Positions 1 through 8,200 of a stretch of 64,000 bases of DNA are shown here, one piece after another (the first letter of the stretch is position 1; each line of letters begins with the position of its first letter). The translations under genes were made by a program, and so were the position numbers. The notes under the pieces are model-generated. The model was not told the origin of the DNA and ran no database searches. It saw nothing but the letters and a program-made list of their open reading frames with translations. The DNA is from Clostridiales bacterium. Its GTDB lineage: Bacteria; Bacillota; Clostridia; Oscillospirales; Acutalibacteraceae. The stretch spans positions 3,364-67,363 of the forward strand of contig JAAWCO010000084.1 in NCBI GenBank assembly GCA_022793315.1. Reading direction: 5' to 3'.

Positions 1-272
1 CGCCGGCTTCTTTGAGCAGGTAGTGTATCCGCTCGCCTGACAGCCGCCGGAACGCCGGTAAAATCCCCGGACGGGAATAACAGGAAAGCAGGCGCGGCGG
101 AGAGGAATCCCGTCGCGCCTTCTGTGCGGCAGGACGCATGATAAAAGAGCCTTCGCATCAGAGGAAAAGAAGGCCGGTCCTCATCGGGCCTCCTTTGGAC
201 GGCGTGATGACGGCTGTACAGATACCGAAATTTTTCCTGAGCAATGGAAACGGAAAGGTGGCCAATAAAAGG

Positions 273-1103
273 ATGCGATTGCTGTTCAAACGGGCGGCTG
301 TCATCGCCGCCATCCTGCTGTGCGGAACGGGCTGCGGCATCTCCCCTGCGGATGAAGCTCCAAACTCTTCCGTCCCCTCCGGACCGCCAGGAGAAAGCAT
401 CACCGGGAAAGCCCCATCCCCGCTGTCCGACGCGCTGCTGGAACAGGTGCGGGACGCCCTCCGGCAGCAGGGGGAAGCCGTCGGGGCCGTTGCCTGTACC
501 GGCGGCGGAAGGGATTACGCCGTGGATACGGGGGAGAAATTTCTGCCGCTGCTCCGGCTGGAGGAGTGGGAGCCGGGGGACGGCCGCGCCTTCCCCTCCG
601 GCGGCGAGAGCCTGCGCTTTTCACTGGGAAAGGCGTTCCGGCTGACCCTTTCGGACGATACCTCTCTGGCAAAGGTGGAACAGGGCGAATGGAACGAAAC
701 GACGCGGATTTACCGGCTGCCGTCGGGAACGGTCAGGGCCGTCCGGCAGTATGCCGAAGAGCACAGCTGTCTGGACGAACAGGCGGCCCTCTCCCGCTGT
801 GAATCGCTGACACTCCTGCCCGTCACCGGCGTGGAGGGCGGGGACGCCGTCCGGGTCACCGGGGAGCTTCGCGCACTGTGGGAGGCGGCCCCGTGGCATT
901 ATCTGGACAACAACGCCCTGCTGCAACCGTCGGGTTCTGCCTTTGAGCTGGTCCCGCCGGAGGGCCTCACCATCGCATTTTATCCCGACACTGGCACGGC
1001 TGTCCTCTCCCATGCGGCGGGGGGAAGCGCCCGTTACCAGTGGTCGGCCGAGGCGATGAACGCCCTGCGCGCTTATGTGCAGGAGCACTCTCAGGAGGGC
1101 TGA
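273..1103 (+). CDS. putative lipoprotein, function unknown
   Basis: ORF 138..1103. The in-frame ATG at 273 gives MRLLFKRAAVIAAILLCGTGCG (signal peptide plus lipobox Cys). No catalytic motif recognised. Confidence 0.55.
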   Translation: MRLLFKRAAVIAAILLCGTGCGISPADEAPNSSVPSGPPGESITGKAPSPLSDALLEQVRDALRQQGEAVGAVACTGGGRDYAVDTGEKFLPLLRLEEWEPGDGRAFPSGGESLRFSLGKAFRLTLSDDTSLAKVEQGEWNETTRIYRLPSGTVRAVRQYAEEHSCLDEQAALSRCESLTLLPVTGVEGGDAVRVTGELRALWEAAPWHYLDNNALLQPSGSAFELVPPEGLTIAFYPDTGTAVLSHAAGGSARYQWSAEAMNALRAYVQEHSQEG

Positions 1104-1186
1104 CTTTCCCCCTCCCGCCTTTCCTCCTCAGTCGGGTTCCGCACCTTTTTTATCGGTAAAATCTCCCCTTTTTAAGCCATATTTAA

Positions 1187-1222
1187 GGACCGGCAGGCAC
1201 TTTGTGCCTGCCGGTCCCTTTG
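1187..1222 (+). terminator. rho-independent terminator hairpin
   Basis: GGACCGGCAGGCA-CTTTG-TGCCTGCCGGTCC perfect 13-bp stem followed by CTTTG, downstream of the 273..1103 CDS. Confidence 0.6.
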
Positions 1223-1566
1223 ACCTTCCGGAATACGGCCTGTCGGACGGTCCGCTGCTCCCGGATCAAAACTACGGCTGACCGGGAAAAGTCGAAAATC
1301 CGTTCACGCCCGCTTTATTCCTGTAAACAGTTCCGTTTCCCATTCCTCGTTTTCATATGATCTAACAGCCAAAAGGGAACCGGCTTGAACATCACATAAA
1401 ACCCATATCCAGGCATCCCGCCAATCCCATTCGTCATAAAATTGGTGTGAAAATTTTCCTGTGTCAAAAGAGACAAAAATCAGGGGAAAAGCATTGCTTT
1501 TTATTGCCGGACGGTGTAGGATGATTGCAGAATATTTACTTTTTTTAAGAGTGAGGAGGATTTTAC

Positions 1567-2457
1567 ATGAAATTGGCAGGAAAAGCGGGCTCACTGGTGG
1601 CTGCCGTCTGTCTGACAGCGCTTTTGAGCGGCTGCGGAGTACGGGCCGTCACGCCGCCGCCTTCCTCTCCGCCGCCGGCTGAACCACAGCAGAAAACCGC
1701 CTATCAGTGGGTAACTGAAGTACGGGAAAAGGAGAACAGGGTACAGGATCTCGACGCGGAATATACCATTAAAATGGAAATGGGAGACGACTCCTCCTCG
1801 ATCGCCTTTGGAATGAATGGGAACATCCGGGCAAAAGCGCGGGAGGGACAGCCGGAGATGCTGATGGACATGACCATCAGCATCTTGGGACAGAAGCAGT
1901 CGATGTCCCTCTATTATCTCGATGGGCAGTGCTATATGGACAGCAACGGTATGAAATTCCGGACGGCCACACCGGCGCAGGAGGTAAAATCTCAGTTTTC
2001 AACCGGCCTGCAGAGCAGCTTTCAGGAAAATGAGATTCGTTCCTCGGAGGTTCGCACAGAGGACGGCGAGACGGTCGTTTCGATGGTTCTGGATGGAAAA
2101 GCCTTTACTGATCTGGTTCAGCAGACCATGGGCAATATGATGGGCGGGGAAACCGAAATGAACGTGTCGGAAATGATTCTTTTCTCCGACGCGGAGATGG
2201 AGCTGCGGGTTGACGCAGAGGGGAATCCCCTGTCGGAAAAAGTGGCGCTGGAGGCACGGTTTGACCCCGACAGGCTGAAGGGGAACGAAGAAGCGGCCGG
2301 CAATGGGATCTTTGAAAATCTGGACGGCATGACCATTCGGGTCACGAAGGAAATGTCCTTCCGCTCCTTCGGCCAGCCGGTCTCCATCATCCCGCCGGCC
2401 GACCTGGACGCTTATGTCGATGCCACCGGTATGACGGGCGTCGGCGGAGCGCTGTAG
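1567..2457 (+). CDS. lipoprotein, possibly LolA-like fold (hypothetical)
   Basis: GAGGAGGA RBS 6 nt before the ATG. MKLAGKAGSLVAAVCLTALLSGCG is a signal peptide plus lipobox. The fold guess comes only from general sequence character. Confidence 0.6.
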   Translation: MKLAGKAGSLVAAVCLTALLSGCGVRAVTPPPSSPPPAEPQQKTAYQWVTEVREKENRVQDLDAEYTIKMEMGDDSSSIAFGMNGNIRAKAREGQPEMLMDMTISILGQKQSMSLYYLDGQCYMDSNGMKFRTATPAQEVKSQFSTGLQSSFQENEIRSSEVRTEDGETVVSMVLDGKAFTDLVQQTMGNMMGGETEMNVSEMILFSDAEMELRVDAEGNPLSEKVALEARFDPDRLKGNEEAAGNGIFENLDGMTIRVTKEMSFRSFGQPVSIIPPADLDAYVDATGMTGVGGAL

Positions 2458-2458
2458 G

Positions 2459-3388
2459 GTGGGCGCGGGTATCCGCCGCCTGCTGGCAACGGCAGCGATG
2501 CTGTGCCTGACGGCATCGCTCACCGGCTGCCTCTCCCGTCTGCCTGATCCTTCGGCAGAACGCGGCGGCTCCACCGCCGGAGAAGGCAGCACAGCAGCGA
2601 CAGAGGCCTCCCCCACCGAGCTTATCGAGCCGGGGACTGACCCCAAATCCCTCTGTGATCTGGTGAGCCGCGCCGCCAAAAATACGCCCCACGGATGGGA
2701 AATGAATGCACAGACCGATGTGCAGGTATCCATGCGCGGCGATTGGGGCGGTATGGGATATCGATGGCAGGGACCACTCATGACCGACGCGACAGGCAGT
2801 CGCAATCGCTATTATTATGAGCGGAATTATACTTTTTGGTCAGATTCCAACAGCCGTTATCATTATCAGGACAGCTCCTGGCGGTGGACAGAGTATTCCG
2901 ACGGCTTTCAGCGGTATGAGAACAACAACGGGGACAAAATCAGAGAACGGATAGAGTATGCCGACATAGCCCATATTACGCAGGGAATAGCCCCGTTGGC
3001 ATTTTCCTACTGGTGGCTCGTGGAAACCGCGGAGGTGGAAGGCTCCGGAGGCGCCTATCTGGTGAAGATGACCCTTGATCCCGAGACTTCCGCAGGGAGT
3101 TTGCACTATCTTATTGACGAATTGGGAGACCCCGGCGAGCGTATGGAATTTTTGTCCATGAAGCTGGAATTCCTTATCCGGCCGGAGGGTTATCTGAAAA
3201 GCCAGATGATAACCGTGACCGCCCGCGGCCGTCAGACCTTCGGCGCTCCTGAGGACCTGTGCCCTCAGGAGGAGGTGGAATACACCGCGATCTATGCAAC
3301 CACCTATGCGCCAAAGGAGGAGAAGCCGGCGATTGTGCCGCCCTCCGATCTGGAGACCTATCGGGAGGCGGATGACGATACGGTATAA
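2459..3388 (+). CDS. lipoprotein (hypothetical), co-transcribed with 1567..2457
   Basis: GTG start 1 nt after the preceding stop. MGAGIRRLLATAAMLCLTASLTGC is a lipoprotein signal. Coding-like composition throughout. Confidence 0.55.
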   Translation: MGAGIRRLLATAAMLCLTASLTGCLSRLPDPSAERGGSTAGEGSTAATEASPTELIEPGTDPKSLCDLVSRAAKNTPHGWEMNAQTDVQVSMRGDWGGMGYRWQGPLMTDATGSRNRYYYERNYTFWSDSNSRYHYQDSSWRWTEYSDGFQRYENNNGDKIRERIEYADIAHITQGIAPLAFSYWWLVETAEVEGSGGAYLVKMTLDPETSAGSLHYLIDELGDPGERMEFLSMKLEFLIRPEGYLKSQMITVTARGRQTFGAPEDLCPQEEVEYTAIYATTYAPKEEKPAIVPPSDLETYREADDDTV

Positions 3389-3523
3389 AGCGGCACGGGA
3401 GGCCCCTTTCCCGCCGGTTTCTGCGGCGCCGGCGGGTCATCCTTCCCTGGGTGCAGGGACATCCGCTGCGCCACGGCATAGGGATGCCGGTGCCCCACGC
3501 TTTCCCCTGACGGTGCTCCGGAA

Positions 3524-3556
3524 AAAAGCCCCTCCTTGAAATAAGGAGGGGCTTTT
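3524..3556. terminator. bidirectional terminator between convergent genes
   Basis: AAAAGCCCCTCCTT-GAAAT-AAGGAGGGGCTTTT, a perfect 14-bp stem flanked by an A-run and a T-run. Confidence 0.75.
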
Positions 3557-3745
3557 ACCATAAGTATATCAATCATAAAAATATACTAAATTTTATAACC
3601 AGGAAACCCTCCGCAGGGGCAGCCGCCTCCTCTTTTGTTCTGTCGTCAGGTCCTGAGGGACAGGAGAAGAAAAGGAAAGCACTGGCAGGACGGACGAGAG
3701 CGCCGGGCTGACGCCTGACCATGCGGACAGCGCCGCCGGCTCCGG

Positions 3746-4096
3746 TTAATCGGGAACAATCGACAGCTTTCTGCCCCTTTTGTTCTTCGGGTACTCTCTG
3801 ATTCGGATGACAAAGTCCAGATTGACAGCTTCCATGCCGCCACGGTTTTCGATTAAAATGGCGCTGTCACTGACCTCCCTGATCGTTCCCGCGAACTGAT
3901 GGCTGCTGTCAAATGAAGAGATCAGGCATTCTTTTCCGATAAATCTTTTGGCAAGTTCAATCATTTCCGGTTTATCCTCCCGCTTCCTCTTTTGCATTGC
4001 CTTCTTTGCTGTTACGGCTTTTCGGTTCCGTAAGGTTATCCACAACAGCAAAAACACAAGCAGTATTAGCATGTAGTGCATGGACGCCAGACTCAC
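3746..4096 (-). CDS. small membrane-anchored protein (hypothetical)
   Basis: 116-aa ORF with an N-terminal TM segment (MLILLVFLLLWITL), a basic linker and a compact C-terminal domain (ECLISSFDSSHQFAGTIREVSDSAILIENRGG). Start is uncertain: GTG 4096 or ATG 4081. Confidence 0.5.
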   Translation of the reverse strand: MSLASMHYMLILLVFLLLWITLRNRKAVTAKKAMQKRKREDKPEMIELAKRFIGKECLISSFDSSHQFAGTIREVSDSAILIENRGGMEAVNLDFVIRIREYPKNKRGRKLSIVPD

Positions 4097-4220
4097 ACCC
4101 TCCCTGCAGAAAATTTCAGCGCTCAGCTTCTGATTTCCCCTTCGATTATAGCATGAAATTTGAGCCGGCTCAAACCGTTTTCGAGAAACCGCGGGAGCAG
4201 GGCTGGGGAAAGCAATCAGA

Positions 4221-4251
4221 CAGCGGGCCCGGAAAAATTCCGGACCCGCTG
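4221..4251 (-). terminator. hairpin downstream of cassette-1 enzyme gene
   Basis: CAGCGGGCCCGG-AAAAATT-CCGGACCCGCTG with one mismatch. Homologous hairpins occur at 8129 and 12076. The U-tract is weak. Confidence 0.45.
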
Positions 4252-4290
4252 CTTAAAATGAGGGAGGAAAAACCAGAAAGAACCGCGCGG

Positions 4291-6978
4291 TTATTTCCCG
4301 TGCTTTCTGCGGCACCAGACCAGCACCGATGCGGAGACTGCCATCAGAGTACCGGCCGCCAGAGGCAGGCCCGCGCCGGTGGAGGGATTCGTACCGGGCT
4401 TCTGACCGGAAGCGGACGGGGTTGACGGCCCCGCAGTCGTCGGATTCGCTGAGGGATCAGACGAGGGGGAGGTTGACGGACCCGCAGAAGGATCAGCGGA
4501 GGGATCCGTTGACGGGTCGGACGGCGTCTGAGCGGAGGATACCAGAGCAAACTGGCCCAATATAACCGGCGTCAGGGCAGTACCGGCCGCGTAAACGCGC
4601 ATGCCGGTAATCGTGACCTTGCTGTCCTGAATCCACTCTTCTTTCAGATCCAGGTCGGACAGGCGGAGATAACCGCTGTGCCGCTTTCCATCGCCCACGA
4701 TATCGCCGGAGCCGGCATTGTAGCTCACGCCGGGGATATACGAGTTGAGCGTCAGGGCGTCATCGCTGTTCATGGGTGTGTCCCCGTTGCCGAAATAGAC
4801 GATCAGAGAGGTATCTACCCCCTGCTCCACCCGGAAATCGTACCAGATTTGCGCGCTGTCCACCGCTGCTGTCAGGGGGATGTCCAGCTCGTGATCCGCT
4901 TTGGGCCAGAGGCCATCCACATTCTGAAGGGTCAGACAGCCGTTGTCGTCGGGTGCGATGATCATATTGCCCTCCCCCGACCAGTCGTAAGGATTCAGGC
5001 TGAACAGCGGCTGCACCTGAGCGCCTTCTACCGCCGGCAGGTCCGGAGAGGGAACCGTCCCCGGGCTGCTGTCGGCGCCGGCCTCATACACCTCCAGCTC
5101 CGCACAGGAAATGAAGTATTCGCTGCCGCCGGGGACACCGCAGAGCCGGATGCCGGTGCCAGTCTCATTATTCAGCTGGAAATAGAAGGTTTCAAAGGGA
5201 TCGCCGAAATCGGAAAAGCTGTTGGAGACTGGATAGGTGCTGCCGCTGCATTCCACATCCACCCACTGTCCGCCGCGCTGCACCTGAATGCGCAGGCCGT
5301 TGGCAAACCAGCCGCCATTATTAAAGTGTTTGCCTTCCTGGAACACCACCATGCCGAAGGTGTGCTCCTCTTCAAAAGTATAGCCAATCCACTGCTCTTC
5401 GGCGGTGGCGTCCCAGTGATAAGTATCAAACTGATCCTGATCACCGCCGCTGCCTGCATCGGGTTTGATACCATCCGCAATGACCCCGATATCCGGATTG
5501 CCGCCTCCGCCCTGAGGCATGTGGGAGGCGCCTGCCGTTCCCTGTGAGGCGATATTGCGTCCGGAGACCCATTCCCTGGTGCGGGTATAGGTTTCGCCGT
5601 CAACGGAGGTGATCGTACAGGTGACCGTGTACAGGCCGCTGCTCTGATACTGGTGGGAGACGCGCAGTCCCTCCGCGTTCGACCCGTCGCCAAAATCCCA
5701 TGCCACTGACCGGATCATGGATTCATCATAGACACGAAGGTTGAAGGTGACGGTGGAGCCCGACGGTGCCGTCTGAATGGACAGGGGACAGATTTCGGGA
5801 AGCTGCTCCAGCGGGGGAGGAACAATCTCTTCTCCGGCTGGAATGGTCCAGCTGTCGCCGTTAATGGAGCCGCCGTATTTGACAAAGGCTTCCTCTGCCA
5901 GCGCCAGATTCATATCGACAATGTCCTGAAAATCGTATTCAGTATAGCTGAATTTTGTACCGGTGAGTTCCAGACCGCTTTTCCACTTATCCGGGATGGC
6001 CTCATAACCCATCCAGTTGCCCAGAATGGAGGCCGCGGTGGATGGATTGCAGTCACTGTCCTGCCCGCACATCATGGAGATTTTCATACTCTGCTCAAAA
6101 TCACCCTGGCCGTAGAGAAGGCCGATCAGTACATAGGCGGCGTTGAGCTTGGCATCGATGTTGAAGGAGATGCCGGCCCCCTCTATGCAGTGATCCGCTT
6201 CTCCCCAGTTGTCCTCGATAACCTGCCAGGTCTGCTGCCAGGTCATCCCCTGATCATAGCAGCGGTAGACATCCTCAATCGCCTCGCGGAACAGGCTGCC
6301 CTCCGGCACCGACTGGCGTCCCGCCTCCAGGATCTCGTCCAGTGTGTCGGCCGTAAAGGCCCGGGCATGCATGGCCGAAACGTAGACGCCGCCGTAGACA
6401 CCGTCGCCGTAGTTCATGATATGCCCCAGCTCCCACGCCCGGCTGATGGCGGCGTTGGTAAGGCCCGGCAGCATTTGGCCCACAAAATCAGCCTCAATCT
6501 GCCAGTCAATGTCATCGCTGTGGTCGTTATAGAGGTAATGGCCCGACAGGGGGGCGTGAATACCCGCTCGAAGATTGAGACGGGCCGCCAGATTGGCATG
6601 AAACAGAGCAAAGGAGGTGTCGCGGAAATATTCTCCTACTGTTTTCACATCACAGTCCACACCGTGATCGGCCAGCGCCTGCATCAGCGGAATTTCGGCA
6701 TACAGGTCATCCTGCCAGAAGCCTCCATTGACCATGGAGGGGGTCCATTCCGGTATCTCGTCCTCTGTCAGCATACGGCCCTTGGCCTGAAATTCTGTTG
6801 GCGCGGCCCAGGCCACGCCGGCCATCTGGCCGGCCCAGCCGCCCAGAATTTTGTCATATACCTCCTGCCGGCTTAAAACAACCGGGCCAGCTGCCGCCTT
6901 GGCGGGCAGAACGCCCCCAACAGCCCCCGCCAGAAGAGCGGCGCTCAGGAGCCATCCTGCGAAACGCTTGACCTTCAT
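4291..6978 (-). CDS. secreted, wall-anchored multidomain ADP-ribosylglycohydrolase-family protein (cassette 1)
   Basis: 895-aa ORF with an AAGGAGGA RBS and a signal peptide (MKVKRFAGWLLSAALLAGAVGGVLPAKAAA). ARH-family motifs are AAPTEF, WQDDLY and GQDSDCNPST. It also has a PKD-like block (WDFGDGS...SGLYTVTCTI), a discoidin/CBM-like block, an uncharacterised beta-rich module, a DPS-repeat stalk, and NPSTG followed by a hydrophobic helix and RRKHGK. Confidence 0.85.
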   Translation of the reverse strand: MKVKRFAGWLLSAALLAGAVGGVLPAKAAAGPVVLSRQEVYDKILGGWAGQMAGVAWAAPTEFQAKGRMLTEDEIPEWTPSMVNGGFWQDDLYAEIPLMQALADHGVDCDVKTVGEYFRDTSFALFHANLAARLNLRAGIHAPLSGHYLYNDHSDDIDWQIEADFVGQMLPGLTNAAISRAWELGHIMNYGDGVYGGVYVSAMHARAFTADTLDEILEAGRQSVPEGSLFREAIEDVYRCYDQGMTWQQTWQVIEDNWGEADHCIEGAGISFNIDAKLNAAYVLIGLLYGQGDFEQSMKISMMCGQDSDCNPSTAASILGNWMGYEAIPDKWKSGLELTGTKFSYTEYDFQDIVDMNLALAEEAFVKYGGSINGDSWTIPAGEEIVPPPLEQLPEICPLSIQTAPSGSTVTFNLRVYDESMIRSVAWDFGDGSNAEGLRVSHQYQSSGLYTVTCTITSVDGETYTRTREWVSGRNIASQGTAGASHMPQGGGGNPDIGVIADGIKPDAGSGGDQDQFDTYHWDATAEEQWIGYTFEEEHTFGMVVFQEGKHFNNGGWFANGLRIQVQRGGQWVDVECSGSTYPVSNSFSDFGDPFETFYFQLNNETGTGIRLCGVPGGSEYFISCAELEVYEAGADSSPGTVPSPDLPAVEGAQVQPLFSLNPYDWSGEGNMIIAPDDNGCLTLQNVDGLWPKADHELDIPLTAAVDSAQIWYDFRVEQGVDTSLIVYFGNGDTPMNSDDALTLNSYIPGVSYNAGSGDIVGDGKRHSGYLRLSDLDLKEEWIQDSKVTITGMRVYAAGTALTPVILGQFALVSSAQTPSDPSTDPSADPSAGPSTSPSSDPSANPTTAGPSTPSASGQKPGTNPSTGAGLPLAAGTLMAVSASVLVWCRRKHGK
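4375..4389 (-). other. NPSTG sortase-type cell-wall sorting motif (cassette 1)
   Basis: Encodes N-P-S-T-G, followed by 20 hydrophobic residues and a C-terminal RRKHGK tail. Confidence 0.6.
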
Positions 6979-7079
6979 GAAATGATCCTCCTTATTTTTT
7001 GTTTTACCCTGAAAAGTTCTTCTTGCTTTTACTGTTAGGTTATCGTATATTTATAATAAATACAACGCATTAACAGACC

Positions 7080-7094
7080 ATTATTTATGCAAAT
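7080..7094. promoter_or_regulatory. conserved ATTTG-NN-CAAAT box in the divergent promoter (cassette 1)
   Basis: ATTATTTATGCAAAT. The same box is at 11030 and 14274 in equivalent positions. Confidence 0.35.
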
Positions 7095-7146
7095 CCAATC
7101 AGGTTGACGATAAGAGGACGGATTGACACCTGGCAGGAGAAGGAGT

Positions 7147-8064
7147 ATGCAAAATCAATTCATGTCTTCCCTCCGTATGGAGCCCTTTCTATTCCATTTC
7201 ACCCGGGAATGTCCGCTGGATGAAAGCATTCTTCGACAGCGGCCTCTTCCCAATGACCTTCAGTCCCTGCACTATCACGATGCGTTTGAGCTGGGTTATT
7301 GTTACAGCGGCGAGGGGCTTTTTCTCATTGATGGCGAGATTATGCCGTTTCAGGAGGGGGCGGCCGTCATGATCTATCGCGGACAGCTTCACAAAGCACA
7401 AAGCGCCTCTGCCGAAGGAAGCGAGTGGGTGTTTTTATCCGCTGACCTTGCTCTGACGCTGTCCGATATTGACCCCAGCCGGCTGAATGGGCTGCTCGTT
7501 CCGCCGGAAGGCTTTTCTCCCGCCGACTGCCTGCTGACGGAACAGAAGGATCCCGTTATTCCTCTTCTGATCCGCACGGTTATTGAGGAGCTTGACCGCA
7601 AGGAGGAGGGGTATCGCGGCACGGTCCGCGCTCTGCTGTGGGCAGCTCTTTCCCGTCATCATCGTCTGATGCGGGATCACTGTATGGAGGATACCGGAAC
7701 CCCCGATTTGCTGCTGGAGATTGATCCTGCCATTCACTATCTCACCGCCCATTTTACCGAGGAGGTACGTATCGCAGAGCTGGCAGCGCTCTGTCATCTC
7801 AGTGAAGCGACCCTCCGCCGCCGGTTCCGGGAACGGCTGGGTCTGTCGCCTCAGGATTATCTGCATCAGCTGCGCGTTCGAGACGCCGCCATGAGGCTGA
7901 TGACCTCCGACTGTTCGGTGTCAGAGGCGGCCTATCAGGCGGGCTACAATACACTGTCCTGCTTCTTTCGCCAATTCTGCCGGCTGTACGGGATTTCCCC
8001 CACCGCCTGGCGGAAAGAGCGTCGGAAACATTCTTTTCAGGCAGAGGAAGAGGCCGCCTTCTGA
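7147..8064 (+). CDS. AraC family transcriptional regulator with N-terminal cupin sensor (cassette 1)
   Basis: ATG 7147 follows GGAGAAGGAG. Cupin-like LHYHDAFELGYCYSGEGLFLIDGE. C-terminal AraC HTH (LSEATLRRRFRERLGLSPQDYLHQLRVRDAAMRL, YNTLSCFFRQF). Confidence 0.85.
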   Translation: MQNQFMSSLRMEPFLFHFTRECPLDESILRQRPLPNDLQSLHYHDAFELGYCYSGEGLFLIDGEIMPFQEGAAVMIYRGQLHKAQSASAEGSEWVFLSADLALTLSDIDPSRLNGLLVPPEGFSPADCLLTEQKDPVIPLLIRTVIEELDRKEEGYRGTVRALLWAALSRHHRLMRDHCMEDTGTPDLLLEIDPAIHYLTAHFTEEVRIAELAALCHLSEATLRRRFRERLGLSPQDYLHQLRVRDAAMRLMTSDCSVSEAAYQAGYNTLSCFFRQFCRLYGISPTAWRKERRKHSFQAEEEAAF

Positions 8065-8128
8065 AACGAGATGGTTTTTTATGCTTCCCGCCGGCAGAGG
8101 CAGGCGCACGAAAACCGGTTACAGTAAA

Positions 8129-8164
8129 GCAGCAGGTCCGGAAAATTCCGGACCCGCTGCTTTT
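8129..8164. terminator. bidirectional terminator between AraC-1 and the cassette-2 enzyme
   Basis: GCAGCAGGTCCGG-AAAATT-CCGGACCCGCTGC followed by TTTT. Confidence 0.6.
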
Positions 8165-8200
8165 AAAAATGAGGAAGGAAAATGAGAGAGAACGGTACGG

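Larger units (their letters stand above)
4215..8128. repeat. segmental duplication, copy 1 (terminator - anchored ARH enzyme - divergent promoter - AraC)
   Basis: Colinear with 8129..12075. Near-identical nucleotide stretches at the enzyme 3' ends (4291-4400 vs 8201-8310) and in the promoter regions (7021-7050 vs 10971-11000). Confidence 0.85.

Noticed and set aside
1304-1594. 96-aa minus-strand ORF in the AT-richer gap before the lipoprotein operon. Its C-terminal half (FYDEWDWRDAWIWVLCDVQAGSLLAVRSYENEEWETELF) looks protein-like.
   Set aside because: The N-terminal half is nonsense-like and overlaps the start and RBS of the 1567 gene. No internal start codon with an RBS was found. It may be a gene remnant, but the support is too weak to call.
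4400-4560. Short periodic DNA repeats (12-nt period), also at 8310-8500 and 12240-12460, that could be mistaken for a CRISPR-like or tandem-repeat locus.
   Set aside because: They lie inside ORFs and encode the DPS(T/A) stalk of the anchored enzymes. They have no spacer-repeat architecture.
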